Of a stretch of DNA of 64,000 bases, positions 37,790 to 47,441 are shown piece by piece (positions within the stretch are counted from its first letter, which is position 1; each line of letters begins with the position of its first letter). Position numbers and translations under genes: made by a program. The notes below the pieces were generated by a model. That model ran no database searches. It had not been told where the DNA came from and saw nothing but the letters and a program-made list of their open reading frames with translations. The stretch is from Planctomycetota bacterium (GTDB lineage Bacteria > Planctomycetota > Brocadiia > JAADGH01), in contig JBFMAD010000006.1 of the NCBI GenBank assembly GCA_040755855.1, positions 154,437 to 218,436 of the forward strand, read 5' to 3'.

Positions 37790-38715
37790 GTCTGTGGCTC
37801 TCCTTTGGGCGGTATCTCCTTCTCCGCGCCGCGAATGGAGGAGCAATAGATTCCCAGGAACACCAACACCATGCCCAACACCGCTCGGCGCGTGATTTCC
37901 TCGCCGAGGAACAGCGCGCCGATCGCCGCCGCGCCGACGGGGGCGATAAACTGGAGCGGGCCGAGCCGCCCCGCCTCGACGGTCTCCAGCGCATGATACC
38001 ACAAGAAGAAACCCAATGCAGTAGGGACAATTCCGATGAATGCAATCCAGCCGAGGACTATCGGGTCGAGGACGAGGGGCGTCCGGCGGAGGAGCATGAC
38101 CACGAGCAGCATGACGCCGCCGCAGAGCGTGGCGAGGGTGGTGGTCGCCATGCCGCCGTACTTCCTGACCATGCCCTTGCCAGCGACGGTGAAAACGGCC
38201 CACGAGAACGCCGCGCCGACGGCGAGGGCGCAGCCGAGGAGGTTGTTCTCCGGCGGCTGGGCCGACTGGGCGGCGACGGACGCAATCACGAGGACGCAGC
38301 CGAGGACGCCGGCGGCGATGCCGGATATCTTGCCAATGGTGATTCGCTCCCCGATGCAGACGGCGAGGAGGACGATGAAGATGGGGTTCGCGTTGGCGAG
38401 GATGCCGGCGTTGACGGAGATGGTGTATCGGAGGGAGGCGAAGAGGAGCAGCCCCATGCCGAAGATTCCGGTGAGGCCGAGGAGGGCCATGCGGGGGAGG
38501 TCGTGGGCGGCGGCCTCGCGGAGAGCCGACAAGCGCCGCGTGGCCGCGAGGATGCCCATGAGGACAAGGCCGGCCATGAGGAACCTCAGCGTGACGAGAT
38601 AGACCGTATCCACCGAAGAAAGGAGGCGGCCGATGGGCGGGACAAGACTCCACAAGAGGGACGCGACAGCGCCGTAGATCAGGCCCTTTCGGATGGTTTG
38701 CCTCCCACTATCCAT
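37786..38715 (-). CDS. EamA/DMT family transporter
   Basis: About 10 TM helices in two repeats; LRF, GERIT and LGEEIT motifs. Confidence 0.9.
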   Translation of the reverse strand: MDSGRQTIRKGLIYGAVASLLWSLVPPIGRLLSSVDTVYLVTLRFLMAGLVLMGILAATRRLSALREAAAHDLPRMALLGLTGIFGMGLLLFASLRYTISVNAGILANANPIFIVLLAVCIGERITIGKISGIAAGVLGCVLVIASVAAQSAQPPENNLLGCALAVGAAFSWAVFTVAGKGMVRKYGGMATTTLATLCGGVMLLVVMLLRRTPLVLDPIVLGWIAFIGIVPTALGFFLWYHALETVEAGRLGPLQFIAPVGAAAIGALFLGEEITRRAVLGMVLVFLGIYCSSIRGAEKEIPPKGEPQT

Positions 38716-38771
38716 TCAGCGATATGTAGAATTGGTTTGTTTGATCTCATTCTTGGCGGGCCGCTTCGGTT

Positions 38772-38828
38772 TCATGTTTTCTCCACGATATGCCCACGAA
38801 TCACCTCTCGCAGACTAAGATAGCGCAT
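38772..38828 (-). pseudogene. Truncated Doc/Fic toxin N-terminus
   Basis: MRYLSLREVI..H coupled by TAATG to the upstream gene; stops after 18 aa. Confidence 0.55.
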
Positions 38829-39025
38829 TAGGCCAGTCGCCGGTAAAGGTCTTGGTTCTTCTTAAGAACATAATCCACGGCGCGTCGGAAGGCGTCGTCA
38901 GGGCGCGCAAGGAGATCCTCGAGGCTCACGCTCAGTAAATCTTCAGGCGTGACCTGAAAGCGTGCGGCTATCTCTTTTAGTTTGGGCAAGCGGTCATCGG
39001 GAATGGTAATTGTAATGGTTGTCAC
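38828..39025 (-). CDS. Small RHH-like DNA-binding protein / putative antitoxin
   Basis: TTITITIPDDRL.KLKE...YVLKKNQDLYRRLA; GGAGG RBS, GTG start. Confidence 0.75.
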   Translation of the reverse strand: MTTITITIPDDRLPKLKEIAARFQVTPEDLLSVSLEDLLARPDDAFRRAVDYVLKKNQDLYRRLA

Positions 39026-39250
39026 GGTTTGCCTCCATTCAGAGAATACCTTACATCTGCAATAGCAGGAAAAATGGAAAGGCCTCAGCGCACGGAAATT
39101 CCAGAGCCCGCCCAACTATCTCTGTGACTGCATTCCTGCTTTACCCCCACCTTCATTGTACAGCATGCGGAAGGTTTGTCAAACACATCTTCCTATTGAT
39201 TCTACGGCTCCGTACGGGTTAAGGAACTCGATCTTCCGCAAGTAGAGTCC

Positions 39251-39338
39251 CGCCAACCACAACTTCACCGGGGTTCGGTCAGCAAGGGGGCGATGAACGT
39301 CGGACGCCCGGTAGCTGGGCGCTGGCGAATTTGTTCAT
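39251..39338 (-). mobile_element. Degenerate attC-like site
   Basis: AAC at the gene 3' end ...GTGAA-N6-GTTGGC. Confidence 0.35.
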
Positions 39339-40121
39339 ATTTCGTTCGATCTCTTGTGCGGCATCCAGCGCCATACGCCCGAAATGTTCCCGGAGTTCCG
39401 AGTCGTGCCGGGACGCAGTCGCACTTCCCTCTCGGCGAATCTTCAAGGCCAGTTGAAAGGCGGCGGCAAAGGGGGAGTTTCGCTCTATCTCATGTCTAAG
39501 CGCGGCTGACTTGGAGAGCATCTTGCCGTCCCGCCAGAAGACCAGGCTGCGCGCAATCCAGTGCAGCATGCCCGCCAGCCAGACAGCCGATTTCTCGGAG
39601 CGGTCCCATTCTCGCAGCGCCCCGAGGTCCTTCGCCGCCATACGTACAAGGGCCGCCCTGCGCGGCGGCGCAAATGATACAGACGCCCCGGCAAGCAGGC
39701 GGCCAAAGTGAGCGAGCATATAGCGATCGAAAGGTGAAATGGGGTGGCATACCGCCCACTTGCGAGTCGAACCGTAGGCAGTATAGCAGGGTGCCTCCCG
39801 CATCTCGTCGCTGACAAGCTCTATGGGGATATAAGGACCCTCCACCGCCTGACCCGATTCCCAGTGCCCATCTCGTCCTCTTATGAACCGGTCCTGCATC
39901 CGGTCGTGGATGTCGCCGACACGCTGACCTTCCTCGGCTGTGATGGGGGTTTTGAGAACGACGCATACATCCACATCGCTCCACCGGGGACAGAAATCGT
40001 CAAGCGTCGCGCTGCCGTAGAGCACAACGGAGTGAAGCCTCTGGGCAAGACACGCGCTGATCTCGGACAGCCACCATGCCAGAACGGAAGCGGGCGTAGG
40101 CGAAGTCTTTGTAGCTTTCAT
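39279..40121 (-). CDS. Nucleotidyltransferase, aminoglycoside adenylyltransferase-like
   Basis: LYGS....DF....SDVD motif; C-terminal G..LSK..A. Confidence 0.7.
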   Translation of the reverse strand: MKATKTSPTPASVLAWWLSEISACLAQRLHSVVLYGSATLDDFCPRWSDVDVCVVLKTPITAEEGQRVGDIHDRMQDRFIRGRDGHWESGQAVEGPYIPIELVSDEMREAPCYTAYGSTRKWAVCHPISPFDRYMLAHFGRLLAGASVSFAPPRRAALVRMAAKDLGALREWDRSEKSAVWLAGMLHWIARSLVFWRDGKMLSKSAALRHEIERNSPFAAAFQLALKIRREGSATASRHDSELREHFGRMALDAAQEIERNMNKFASAQLPGVRRSSPPC

Positions 40122-40137
40122 GTGTTCTTCTTTCGGC

Positions 40138-40197
40138 GCCCCCCCGTCAGACTTCACCCGTGCCGCCTGCGGCGTCGTCTGCAAGGCGTTGTTGGCC
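40138..40197 (-). mobile_element. Degenerate attC-like site
   Basis: GCCAAC-AACGCC-TTGCAGAC..hairpin..GTGAA-N7 then G run where GTT is expected. Confidence 0.45.
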
Positions 40198-41088
40198 GCT
40201 CTCTAATTTTAAATTGCCTTCCTCGTATATGCTCAATACAGGGTCTTCGACAAATCGTGCTGGTACGCCATGTTGCTTCAGAAATCGAGCCACGTCTTGC
40301 ACAGCCCACTTCTCCGTGTTGTAGTGAGTCGCGCCGATCAGATTGACTCGGGCCTCACGCGCAAGGTTATGAAACTCAAGGTTTCCCTCTCGGATTACGT
40401 CTCTGCTCCACCTGGCAACAGCCGTGCCAGTGACGTACGTGGTGCAGCCGCACTTGATTGCCGCCTTCAGGATGTTTATCTGATCTCCACCACCTGCTAC
40501 AACAGCAGTCAACCCCACTTTGCCGCCGTTGTCGAAGACATCCACAGTGCCGAGGCCAAGGCAGCGGCCGACGGTCTTGGCCATCGTTTGGAGGGAATCG
40601 GCTCTCATGCCGCCAAAGACCCCAAGATGCCCTCCACATGCCGGGAAGAAAGACGTGGGGTGCAACAATCCGATTTGCTTTGCCAGGCTCTTCGATACGG
40701 AGATGTTTCGTCCCACGTCCAGCGGGGCGTGAATAGCGTACATGGAGATGTGTCGTTTTTTGAGTTTCAGAATGAGCCGGTCGTCTGTGGCGCTGAAACC
40801 TCGATGATCCTCGTGATAGTCGAAGGGATGATGCGTAAAGATTAAGCCTGGACCATCTGCTGTCTTCAGAATCTTGGCGTGGGCCTCTCCGGTCGTGAAC
40901 GTGACACAGTATGTCATGTTCACGGAATCCCCGAAATCGAACATGAGACCGGTCTTTCGATCGAGGAAGGCCGGGAGCAGATGAGCACGACCGGACTCGG
41001 TCAGGGCGTGTTTTGTCATTTCCGGATCAGCCGTTGCCTCGATCCGAAACTCCCGATCCAGAAGTTGCGCGATGCCCGACGTTCTCAC
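40147..41088 (-). CDS. NIF3-like dinuclear metal centre protein
   Basis: IFTHHP, IHAPLD, AGGG, YVTG, ATHYNTE. Confidence 0.85.
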   Translation of the reverse strand: MRTSGIAQLLDREFRIEATADPEMTKHALTESGRAHLLPAFLDRKTGLMFDFGDSVNMTYCVTFTTGEAHAKILKTADGPGLIFTHHPFDYHEDHRGFSATDDRLILKLKKRHISMYAIHAPLDVGRNISVSKSLAKQIGLLHPTSFFPACGGHLGVFGGMRADSLQTMAKTVGRCLGLGTVDVFDNGGKVGLTAVVAGGGDQINILKAAIKCGCTTYVTGTAVARWSRDVIREGNLEFHNLAREARVNLIGATHYNTEKWAVQDVARFLKQHGVPARFVEDPVLSIYEEGNLKLESGQQRLADDAAGGTGEV

Positions 41089-41100
41089 CTATCCTCCTGT

Positions 41101-41157
41101 AGCCGACATTCAAGACCAGCCGCAAGCAACGCACGCCGCGCCTCTATTGCTTGTTCC
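41101..41157 (-). mobile_element. Degenerate attC-like site
   Basis: GGAAC overlapping gene end ...CTGGTCTTGAAT-GTCGGC. Confidence 0.3.
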
Positions 41158-41524
41158 TGAGCCAGATGCCCAGCGTATCGCGCTGGATTGCCCTGATGTT
41201 CTTGGCGTAATCGCTGTTTTCGGCAAACTGCTTCAGGTACACCGCGCAGGGGAAGTCCCGGCAATCGGCGCAGGTGGCAAAGCCCTTCGCCTTCACACAC
41301 TGGCGAATCTCGCACTGAAGCGATGCGGTCCACGCATTGTGGATGTTCCCCCAACAACCCTCGCACCCTACTTGATCAAGAGGAACATCTCTGTTCATCT
41401 CCTTCTTGATCGTGGCGGCGACCTGTCTGCGAAGGTTATCGTCATTTTCGGCAAGGGATCGGTAGTCCAAGCAGCCTGCACAGTAGTGGCCGCAAGCCCC
41501 CACTTCTGTTCTTCGCTCTGTCAT
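41144..41524 (-). CDS. DUF3795-like Cys-rich protein
   Basis: CG.YC.GC, CEGC, C.IRQC, TCADC.DFPC. Confidence 0.82.
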   Translation of the reverse strand: MTERRTEVGACGHYCAGCLDYRSLAENDDNLRRQVAATIKKEMNRDVPLDQVGCEGCWGNIHNAWTASLQCEIRQCVKAKGFATCADCRDFPCAVYLKQFAENSDYAKNIRAIQRDTLGIWLRNKQ

Positions 41525-41660
41525 GTCCCTTTCCCTATCGCTCGCTGCACACCTGAACGAACCCAAAATGTACGAGTCTCAACACCTTTTGGAATAATTG
41601 GTTAAGACCTTGGCCCTCGACGGCGGATCGTGCCGGAGGATAAGATGGGGTTTCGATCCC

Positions 41661-42341
41661 CTATTCCTGGTCTTTCAGGAGTTGCTTTTTGAGGGTGGTG
41701 TTGGAGGCGTCGTCCTCGATTTCGGCGGCTGTTCCCTTGCCCTTTTTCGGGGGTTCCTCCTTCTTCTCAGGGGGCGGAGTCGCGGCCTTGGCCTTCTGGA
41801 CGGCAAGCGTGTCCGCGTTGCGGTATATGTCAATGGCCTGCGTTGTACTAAACGGCTGGTTTCCGGGTATTCTATCGTTCAGGCGGCCGAATTCGTGCAG
41901 GACCACCCTTCCCATGTCTATCTTGAGGTCCGATTCCTCTGTGACGAAGCGCAGGGGCGAGAAGGAGACGGCGAGAGACCATGCCACGAGGAGGATGCCC
42001 ACGATCATCGCGCCGCTTGCCGCCCCCGCTACAACGCCCCCGATGCGATCTATGATGGAAGGAACGGTGATGGCGTCCCCTTCGACATAGACCAGCGTCG
42101 CATAGGTGAGGAGCAGGAAGAACGCCGCGAAGAGAAGGACGAAGGCGGCAAAACTCCAGAAGGCTATGCCCCATGTGGGGACTATCTTCGCCAAGACGTC
42201 GCCAAAGGCCCCGCGGCAGGCATAGGCCACGATGAAGGCGAAGGCCAGCCGGAGGAAGATCATCAAGGTCTGGAACAGCCGGTTTTTGTATCCCACGGCG
42301 CCCATGATCAGGATCACGACGGCGCCGAGGACGTTGAACAC
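41661..42341 (-). CDS. CvpA family membrane protein
   Basis: Four TMs; G.KN.LF and DRIGG..AG motifs. Confidence 0.75.
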   Translation of the reverse strand: MFNVLGAVVILIMGAVGYKNRLFQTLMIFLRLAFAFIVAYACRGAFGDVLAKIVPTWGIAFWSFAAFVLLFAAFFLLLTYATLVYVEGDAITVPSIIDRIGGVVAGAASGAMIVGILLVAWSLAVSFSPLRFVTEESDLKIDMGRVVLHEFGRLNDRIPGNQPFSTTQAIDIYRNADTLAVQKAKAATPPPEKKEEPPKKGKGTAAEIEDDASNTTLKKQLLKDQE

Positions 42342-42367
42342 TGTGGCAGAAATGGCAGTATCCTCCG

Positions 42368-44239
42368 CTATTTGGATTTTGTCACGCGAACCAGTTCTTG
42401 GATCGAGGTCGCCCCTTCGATGAGTTTCGTGATTCCGTCGTCCCAGATATGGCTGTGGCCGTCGCGCTGGGCCTGTTCGAGAATCGCCTGCACCGTCGCC
42501 CCGCTGGCCATCATTGCGCGCATCTTGTCGGAAACCTCCAGGAACTCAAAGATGCCGATGCGACCGAGGAAGCCGGTCTTCATGCACTTCACACAGCCGA
42601 CGGCCTTGTAGAGTTTTTCGGCGGATTCAGGCGTAACATTAATTTTTTTCAGAAGGTCCTCCGACGGTTTGAAGGCCTGGTGGCACGCCGTGCAGAGGCG
42701 GCGCACAAGCCGCTGGGCGAGGATGCCCCTGAGCGCGCCGCCGACCACATTGGAGTCGGCCCCGAACTGAAACAGTTTCTTCAGTCCCTCGACGGCCGAG
42801 TCGGCATACATGGCGCCCAGGACCAATTTACCCTCCTTGGCCTCCTGAATGGCGGCCCGGGCGCTTTCCTTGCTGTCAATGTCGGCAATCACCAGCACCT
42901 CAGGCTTGTCGTTCACGGCGGCTTGCAGGACCTTCGAGAACGGTTTGCCGTGGGCTGCGTCAACGGTGTGCTGAGTCAGGTTCTTCAGCCGATACTCGAT
43001 AGGCTGTTCGATGGTGACGATTTTGCGCTTTTCCGGGTCTATCTCGGCGATCATGGCATAGAGCGTAGTTGTGGCGCCGGACTCGGGCGGGCCGCAGACA
43101 AGGATGAGTCCGTCTTTGCCCTTCAACAAGTCGCGGACCTTCTTGAGGGTTTCCTCCGGCAGGCCGATCTTGTCTAAGTGAAAGATCGCCCGACTCGGGT
43201 CCATGACCTGGAGAAGAATGGTTTCTCCCTGGACGCTGTATTCCACCGAGGCGCGCACGCCGACGGTCCGGTCGGGCAGGGCCACGGCAAAGCCGCCCAC
43301 ATGGGCCGCGCTCCGTTCGGCCGTGTTGATGCCGGAAATGGCCTTCGTGCAGGACATGACAGGGCCGCTCAGCTCCCACGAGTAAGAACCGCGGTCGTAG
43401 AAGATGCCGTCAATGCAGTATCGGATTCGGAGGAGTTCGCCCCGGGGCTGCAACTGGATATCTGTGGCCCGACGCTTCACGGCGCCATCGAGGATTTCTT
43501 TGAGGCAGGATAATCCTTCCTCGGCCTTGGCCCGCCCCCCCTCGATCTCCGGCACAGCCAGAGGCCGGCCGTCGCGCCGCAAGAGATGGAGTTCCTGCCC
43601 CGCCACTTTCCCGCGAAGGAAGGTGCGGGTATTGACCCGGATTCCCACGCGCCCAAGTGCTGCGATCAACTTGAGTCGGATGTGCTCGCGGGTCCAAATC
43701 TCGCCGCCGGCCCTGACGTGTCTGTTTCGCGCGGGGACATAGAGCACACACACCACCACCCCAAGGAGCATCGGCGCCAGGGCGAAGACGGCGTGGCCGA
43801 ACCAGAACAAGGCTATACCGCCCACGCCGGCGCAAATCATCAGCAGGTTCCACCACTCCGGCGGCAGCTCCAGAGCGCGCGCGTCGCGGTTGAGCCAGTC
43901 GGCGAGCAGCACCCAAAGAAGGCAGGAGAGGAGGACAACAATCAACCATCCGATGTGGAGCAGAATCCCTGTCGGCGTGGGTGGGGGAGACTGGGGAGCG
44001 GGTTCGGCGGCCGGCTGGGCGGTCGGCTTTTCGGGCGCGCCGGTATCTTCGGCCTCGGACGCCTTCTCGGGTTTCTCCGGGGCGGCGGCCTTCGATTCGC
44101 TCTTCGAGGGCGGTTTCTCCTTGGCCTTGGGTTCCTGCGCACTCAGGGTGTGCAGGGTCCACAAGAGAACGGCCGATAGAGCCAGTCTGCTGAGAACAAG
44201 ACCGACCGAACTGCGCGCAGCTCCGCAACAACGATCCAT
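42368..44239 (-). CDS. Membrane-anchored GspE/PilB-like ATPase with degenerate catalytic motifs
   Basis: RATDI, RY.IDG, TIEQPIEY, AQRLVRRLC, G..GRIGIFE; N-terminal TMs; Walker A GPPESGATT. Confidence 0.85.
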   Translation of the reverse strand: MDRCCGAARSSVGLVLSRLALSAVLLWTLHTLSAQEPKAKEKPPSKSESKAAAPEKPEKASEAEDTGAPEKPTAQPAAEPAPQSPPPTPTGILLHIGWLIVVLLSCLLWVLLADWLNRDARALELPPEWWNLLMICAGVGGIALFWFGHAVFALAPMLLGVVVCVLYVPARNRHVRAGGEIWTREHIRLKLIAALGRVGIRVNTRTFLRGKVAGQELHLLRRDGRPLAVPEIEGGRAKAEEGLSCLKEILDGAVKRRATDIQLQPRGELLRIRYCIDGIFYDRGSYSWELSGPVMSCTKAISGINTAERSAAHVGGFAVALPDRTVGVRASVEYSVQGETILLQVMDPSRAIFHLDKIGLPEETLKKVRDLLKGKDGLILVCGPPESGATTTLYAMIAEIDPEKRKIVTIEQPIEYRLKNLTQHTVDAAHGKPFSKVLQAAVNDKPEVLVIADIDSKESARAAIQEAKEGKLVLGAMYADSAVEGLKKLFQFGADSNVVGGALRGILAQRLVRRLCTACHQAFKPSEDLLKKINVTPESAEKLYKAVGCVKCMKTGFLGRIGIFEFLEVSDKMRAMMASGATVQAILEQAQRDGHSHIWDDGITKLIEGATSIQELVRVTKSK

Positions 44240-44263
44240 TACTACACCCCCTCCTCGCTATGT

Positions 44264-45049
44264 TCAGGCGACAGGCTGAGGGCTCGGCCGCACTTCAACG
44301 CCGGCCTCTGACAGGTACTGCTTGATTTGCCCTACCGATAATTCCTTGTAATGAAAGACCGATGCCGCCAGGGCCGCGTCGGCCTTTCCCTCCGTCAATA
44401 CCTCAAGAAAATGCTCCGGGCGCCCGGCCCCGCCGGATGCGATCACCGGGATATCCACCCGCTCGGAGATGGCTTTTGTCATGGGAATATCGTAACCGTC
44501 CTTTGTGCCGTCACGGTCCATGCTCGTCAGCAGAATCTCGCCCGCCCCGCGGGCCTCGACCTCTTGCGCCCAGGCCACGGCCTCCAGGCCCGTCGGCGTC
44601 CGCCCGCCGTTGACATGGACCTCCCAGAACTCCCTTCCCTCGCGCATGACCCGTTTGGGGTCAATGGCCACCACGATGCACTGCCGCCCGAACCGCCGGG
44701 CGCCTTTTGTGATAAGCCCCGGGTTCTTGACGGCCGCCGTATTGATCGAAACCTTGTCCGCCCCCGCGTTGAGCAGGTCGCTGATGTCGTTCACGGACCG
44801 TATGCCCCCTCCCACCGTCAGAGGCATGAAAATCTGCTCCGCCGTGCGGCGGACGATGTCAATGATAATCCCCCGCTCCTCGTACGATGCCGTAATGTCG
44901 AGAAAGACCAGCTCGTCGGCCCCCTGCTCGTCATAGAGCGCTGCGACCTCCACCGGGTCGCCGGCGTCGCGCAGGTTCACAAAATTCGTCCCCTTGACCA
45001 CCCGCCCCTGCTCCACGTCCAAGCATGGGATAATGCGCTTCGCTACCAC
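44264..45049 (-). CDS. hisF: Imidazole glycerol phosphate synthase cyclase subunit
   Basis: [40 protein letters not shown]. Confidence 0.97.
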   Translation of the reverse strand: MVAKRIIPCLDVEQGRVVKGTNFVNLRDAGDPVEVAALYDEQGADELVFLDITASYEERGIIIDIVRRTAEQIFMPLTVGGGIRSVNDISDLLNAGADKVSINTAAVKNPGLITKGARRFGRQCIVVAIDPKRVMREGREFWEVHVNGGRTPTGLEAVAWAQEVEARGAGEILLTSMDRDGTKDGYDIPMTKAISERVDIPVIASGGAGRPEHFLEVLTEGKADAALAASVFHYKELSVGQIKQYLSEAGVEVRPSPQPVA

Positions 45050-45052
45050 GGC

Positions 45053-45823
45053 TCAGAAGTCCTTGTCCGGGCTGCTGGCCTTGGCGTAGAGTTTTTTCGG
45101 AATCCGCCCCGCCTGGTAGGCCAGTCGCCCGGCCTCGCAGGCGCAGCGCATAGCCCGGGCCATCTTGACTGGGTCCTTCGCCCCGGCGATGCCCGTGTTC
45201 AGGAGGACGCCGTCGCAGCCGAGTTCCATCGCCACGGTGACATCCGAGGCAGTGCCCACCCCTGCGTCAACGATGATCGGTACCCGCGCCTGTTCCAGGA
45301 TGATCCGTATGTTGTTCTTATTCAGGATGCCCTGGCCGGAGCCGATGGGCGCGCCGGCGGGCATGACGCTCGTGGCCCCCAGGTCCTCGAGACGTTTGGC
45401 GACGATGGGGTCGTCGGAGGTATAGACGAGGACCGTAAATCCCTCTTTCACCAGCTTTTCCGTCGCTTCGAGCGTGGCAACAGGATCGGGCAGGAGGGTC
45501 CGTTCGTCGCCGAGGACTTCGAGTTTCACCAAGTCGGACAGCCCCGCCTCGCGGGCGAGCATGGCCGTGCGGATGGCCTCTTCGGCGGAGTAGCACCCGG
45601 CGGTGTTGGGCAGAATGGTGTATTTCTTCCGGTCCACATAGTCGAGGAGCGACTCGCCGGACTTGTCGTCGAGGCTGACGCGCCGGACGGCGACGGTGAC
45701 GCATTCGGTCCCCGACGCAGCAAGGGCTTCCGCCATGAGGGGAAACGTGGCGTACTTCCCCGTTCCCACAAAGAGTCGGGACGTGAATTCATATCTGCCA
45801 AGTTTCAGTTTGTCGTCAGCCAC
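45053..45823 (-). CDS. thiG: Thiazole synthase
   Basis: [33 protein letters not shown]. Confidence 0.97.
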   Translation of the reverse strand: MADDKLKLGRYEFTSRLFVGTGKYATFPLMAEALAASGTECVTVAVRRVSLDDKSGESLLDYVDRKKYTILPNTAGCYSAEEAIRTAMLAREAGLSDLVKLEVLGDERTLLPDPVATLEATEKLVKEGFTVLVYTSDDPIVAKRLEDLGATSVMPAGAPIGSGQGILNKNNIRIILEQARVPIIVDAGVGTASDVTVAMELGCDGVLLNTGIAGAKDPVKMARAMRCACEAGRLAYQAGRIPKKLYAKASSPDKDF

Positions 45824-45835
45824 AGTTCTCCGCCT

Positions 45836-46036
45836 TCAGCCTCCGCCGACGAAGGTGACGATCTCAATCACGTCGCCGGGCCGGAGGATGGTTGTCTCGT
45901 GCTTCGACCGCGGAACGATCTCGCGGTTCAGTTCGACAGCCACTCCCCCCCTCTTGACGCCGAGTTCGACGAGCAGCCCGCTCAGAGATGTCCCTTCGCG
46001 GCACTCCCGCAGTTTTCCATTTACCGTGATCTGCAC
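45836..46036 (-). CDS. thiS: Sulfur carrier ThiS
   Basis: QITVNG..AVELN.EIV...IEIVTFVGGG C-terminus; next to thiG. Confidence 0.93.
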   Translation of the reverse strand: MQITVNGKLRECREGTSLSGLLVELGVKRGGVAVELNREIVPRSKHETTILRPGDVIEIVTFVGGG

Positions 46037-46178
46037 TGGGTACGTCTGGATATTGATTTTGTGGAAATCCCCCGAAACCGCAATACGTCGCAACTATTTT
46101 ACCAATGATCTACAATAAAAAGCAAGTCGCAAAACGTGTCGGAAAACATTTTTCGTCCAGGCACAAAGCCTGCGCCTG

Positions 46179-47390
46179 TTATTTTGGCTTTGCGACGAGA
46201 GGGCTGATGAGAATCCTGTACGACGCCCCTACTTTCTCCTTCAGTCGGATGCTTATCCCGTTGTTCTCATCCTGAAAGGAATCTCGCTTGCCGATGTCAA
46301 AGGCCGCGCCTTCCAGATGGGCAACGGCGGGGTCTGCGTTCACAAGCCGTACCGGCGCCTTCCCGTGGCGGCACTCCGCAACGCCGTCGTCGGCATACAT
46401 GATCAAGACGCCGCTGCCGGGTAGGTTTCTGTCGAAGCCGATCGGTTGCCGGTTTTCGATCAGGTAATAGGTCGTCGGGGAAAGGGGTATCTTCACTACC
46501 AGGGTTTCAGACGAACCGTCCTCAAGAGGCCCCAAAATGACCTCCACCTTCTGGCCCGGCTTGACGACCTTGATCTTGGCCGGATCAATCCAGTTCAATC
46601 TCAGCTTCGTCCAGGAGCAGATGCCGGGCGGGGGCGATTGCCTCTTGTAGAAATGGCACGACATGGGGTCCCAGAACCCCATGTTGATGGTGGCGTCGAG
46701 AAATGTCTCCCGCGCGGGACCGGGCTTTGCCTGCAAGTCGTGATCGTAGAGGCAGGGGACCATCCTCTTCCCGCCCCTTACGCCGCCGAGGACATGGGCC
46801 GTGTCATGGAAGAGCGTCCCAAGGTGCGCCTGAAAGCAGAAGATCGCCACTCCCCCCTTCACCGCCTGGCCGCTTCGGGTCTTGACTGCTCCGTCCGCGA
46901 CCCACCCCAACATGCCGGGGTAACCGCAAAGCCCGACCATCCCATAGTCCTGCACCCCCGCAGCCATGAAGATGGCGGTGAAAGAGTACTTTGAGAAATC
47001 AACTTCCCTGTCGGCGGCATTCAGCGCGTCGTCTATCAACTTCCTGATCCGCGACCGGTCCACCTCCAGGTTCCGCGACGAGATTCGATACCGCTCGATG
47101 GGGTCAGGCATGGTATGCCATCGCTTTGTCAGGTCAACCTCCAGCGATACCTTGCCATACGACATCTCCCTCACGTAGTTGTTCAGGTGCTGGGAGAATC
47201 GCGTCTGGACATAGTCCCGGCTCAGGTCGTATTTCACATCGGGGAACTCCACGAGGATGACGATCCCCCTTTCGACGGCCTTCTCCGCCTGCTTGCCCGC
47301 GGGCGTATCGCCGCCGTGAGCCGTGGAGTGAATCAGCCAGGGAACGACAATGGCCGTGAGCACAGGCAAAACCACGCGGACGGACTTCAT
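46179..47390 (-). CDS. M6 (InhA-like) metalloprotease-family secreted protein, variant motif
   Basis: VILVEFPD, Y..EMSYG, W..M, W.KLRL.W, YYLIENRQ..GFD; HDTAH in place of HExxH. Confidence 0.75.
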   Translation of the reverse strand: MKSVRVVLPVLTAIVVPWLIHSTAHGGDTPAGKQAEKAVERGIVILVEFPDVKYDLSRDYVQTRFSQHLNNYVREMSYGKVSLEVDLTKRWHTMPDPIERYRISSRNLEVDRSRIRKLIDDALNAADREVDFSKYSFTAIFMAAGVQDYGMVGLCGYPGMLGWVADGAVKTRSGQAVKGGVAIFCFQAHLGTLFHDTAHVLGGVRGGKRMVPCLYDHDLQAKPGPARETFLDATINMGFWDPMSCHFYKRQSPPPGICSWTKLRLNWIDPAKIKVVKPGQKVEVILGPLEDGSSETLVVKIPLSPTTYYLIENRQPIGFDRNLPGSGVLIMYADDGVAECRHGKAPVRLVNADPAVAHLEGAAFDIGKRDSFQDENNGISIRLKEKVGASYRILISPLVAKPK

Positions 47391-47441
47391 GTTGCTCCCT
47401 TCCAGTTTCAAAGTCGCCCCAGGCCCATGCCGCTTCCGGGA

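Noticed and set aside
36719..38653. 644-aa ORF suggesting a long N-terminal extension on the radical SAM protein
   Set aside because: The extension is an Arg/Pro-rich alternative frame of the EamA gene; the real start is GTG 37789.
41600..41665. GGGGTTTCGATCCCC resembling a tRNA T-arm
   Set aside because: No cloverleaf, acceptor stem or anticodon arm; just a hairpin after the CvpA gene.
46037..46178. TPP riboswitch upstream of thiS-thiG
   Set aside because: No CTGAGA or other TPP aptamer hallmark; only a promoter-like TTGCTT-N18-TAAAAT.
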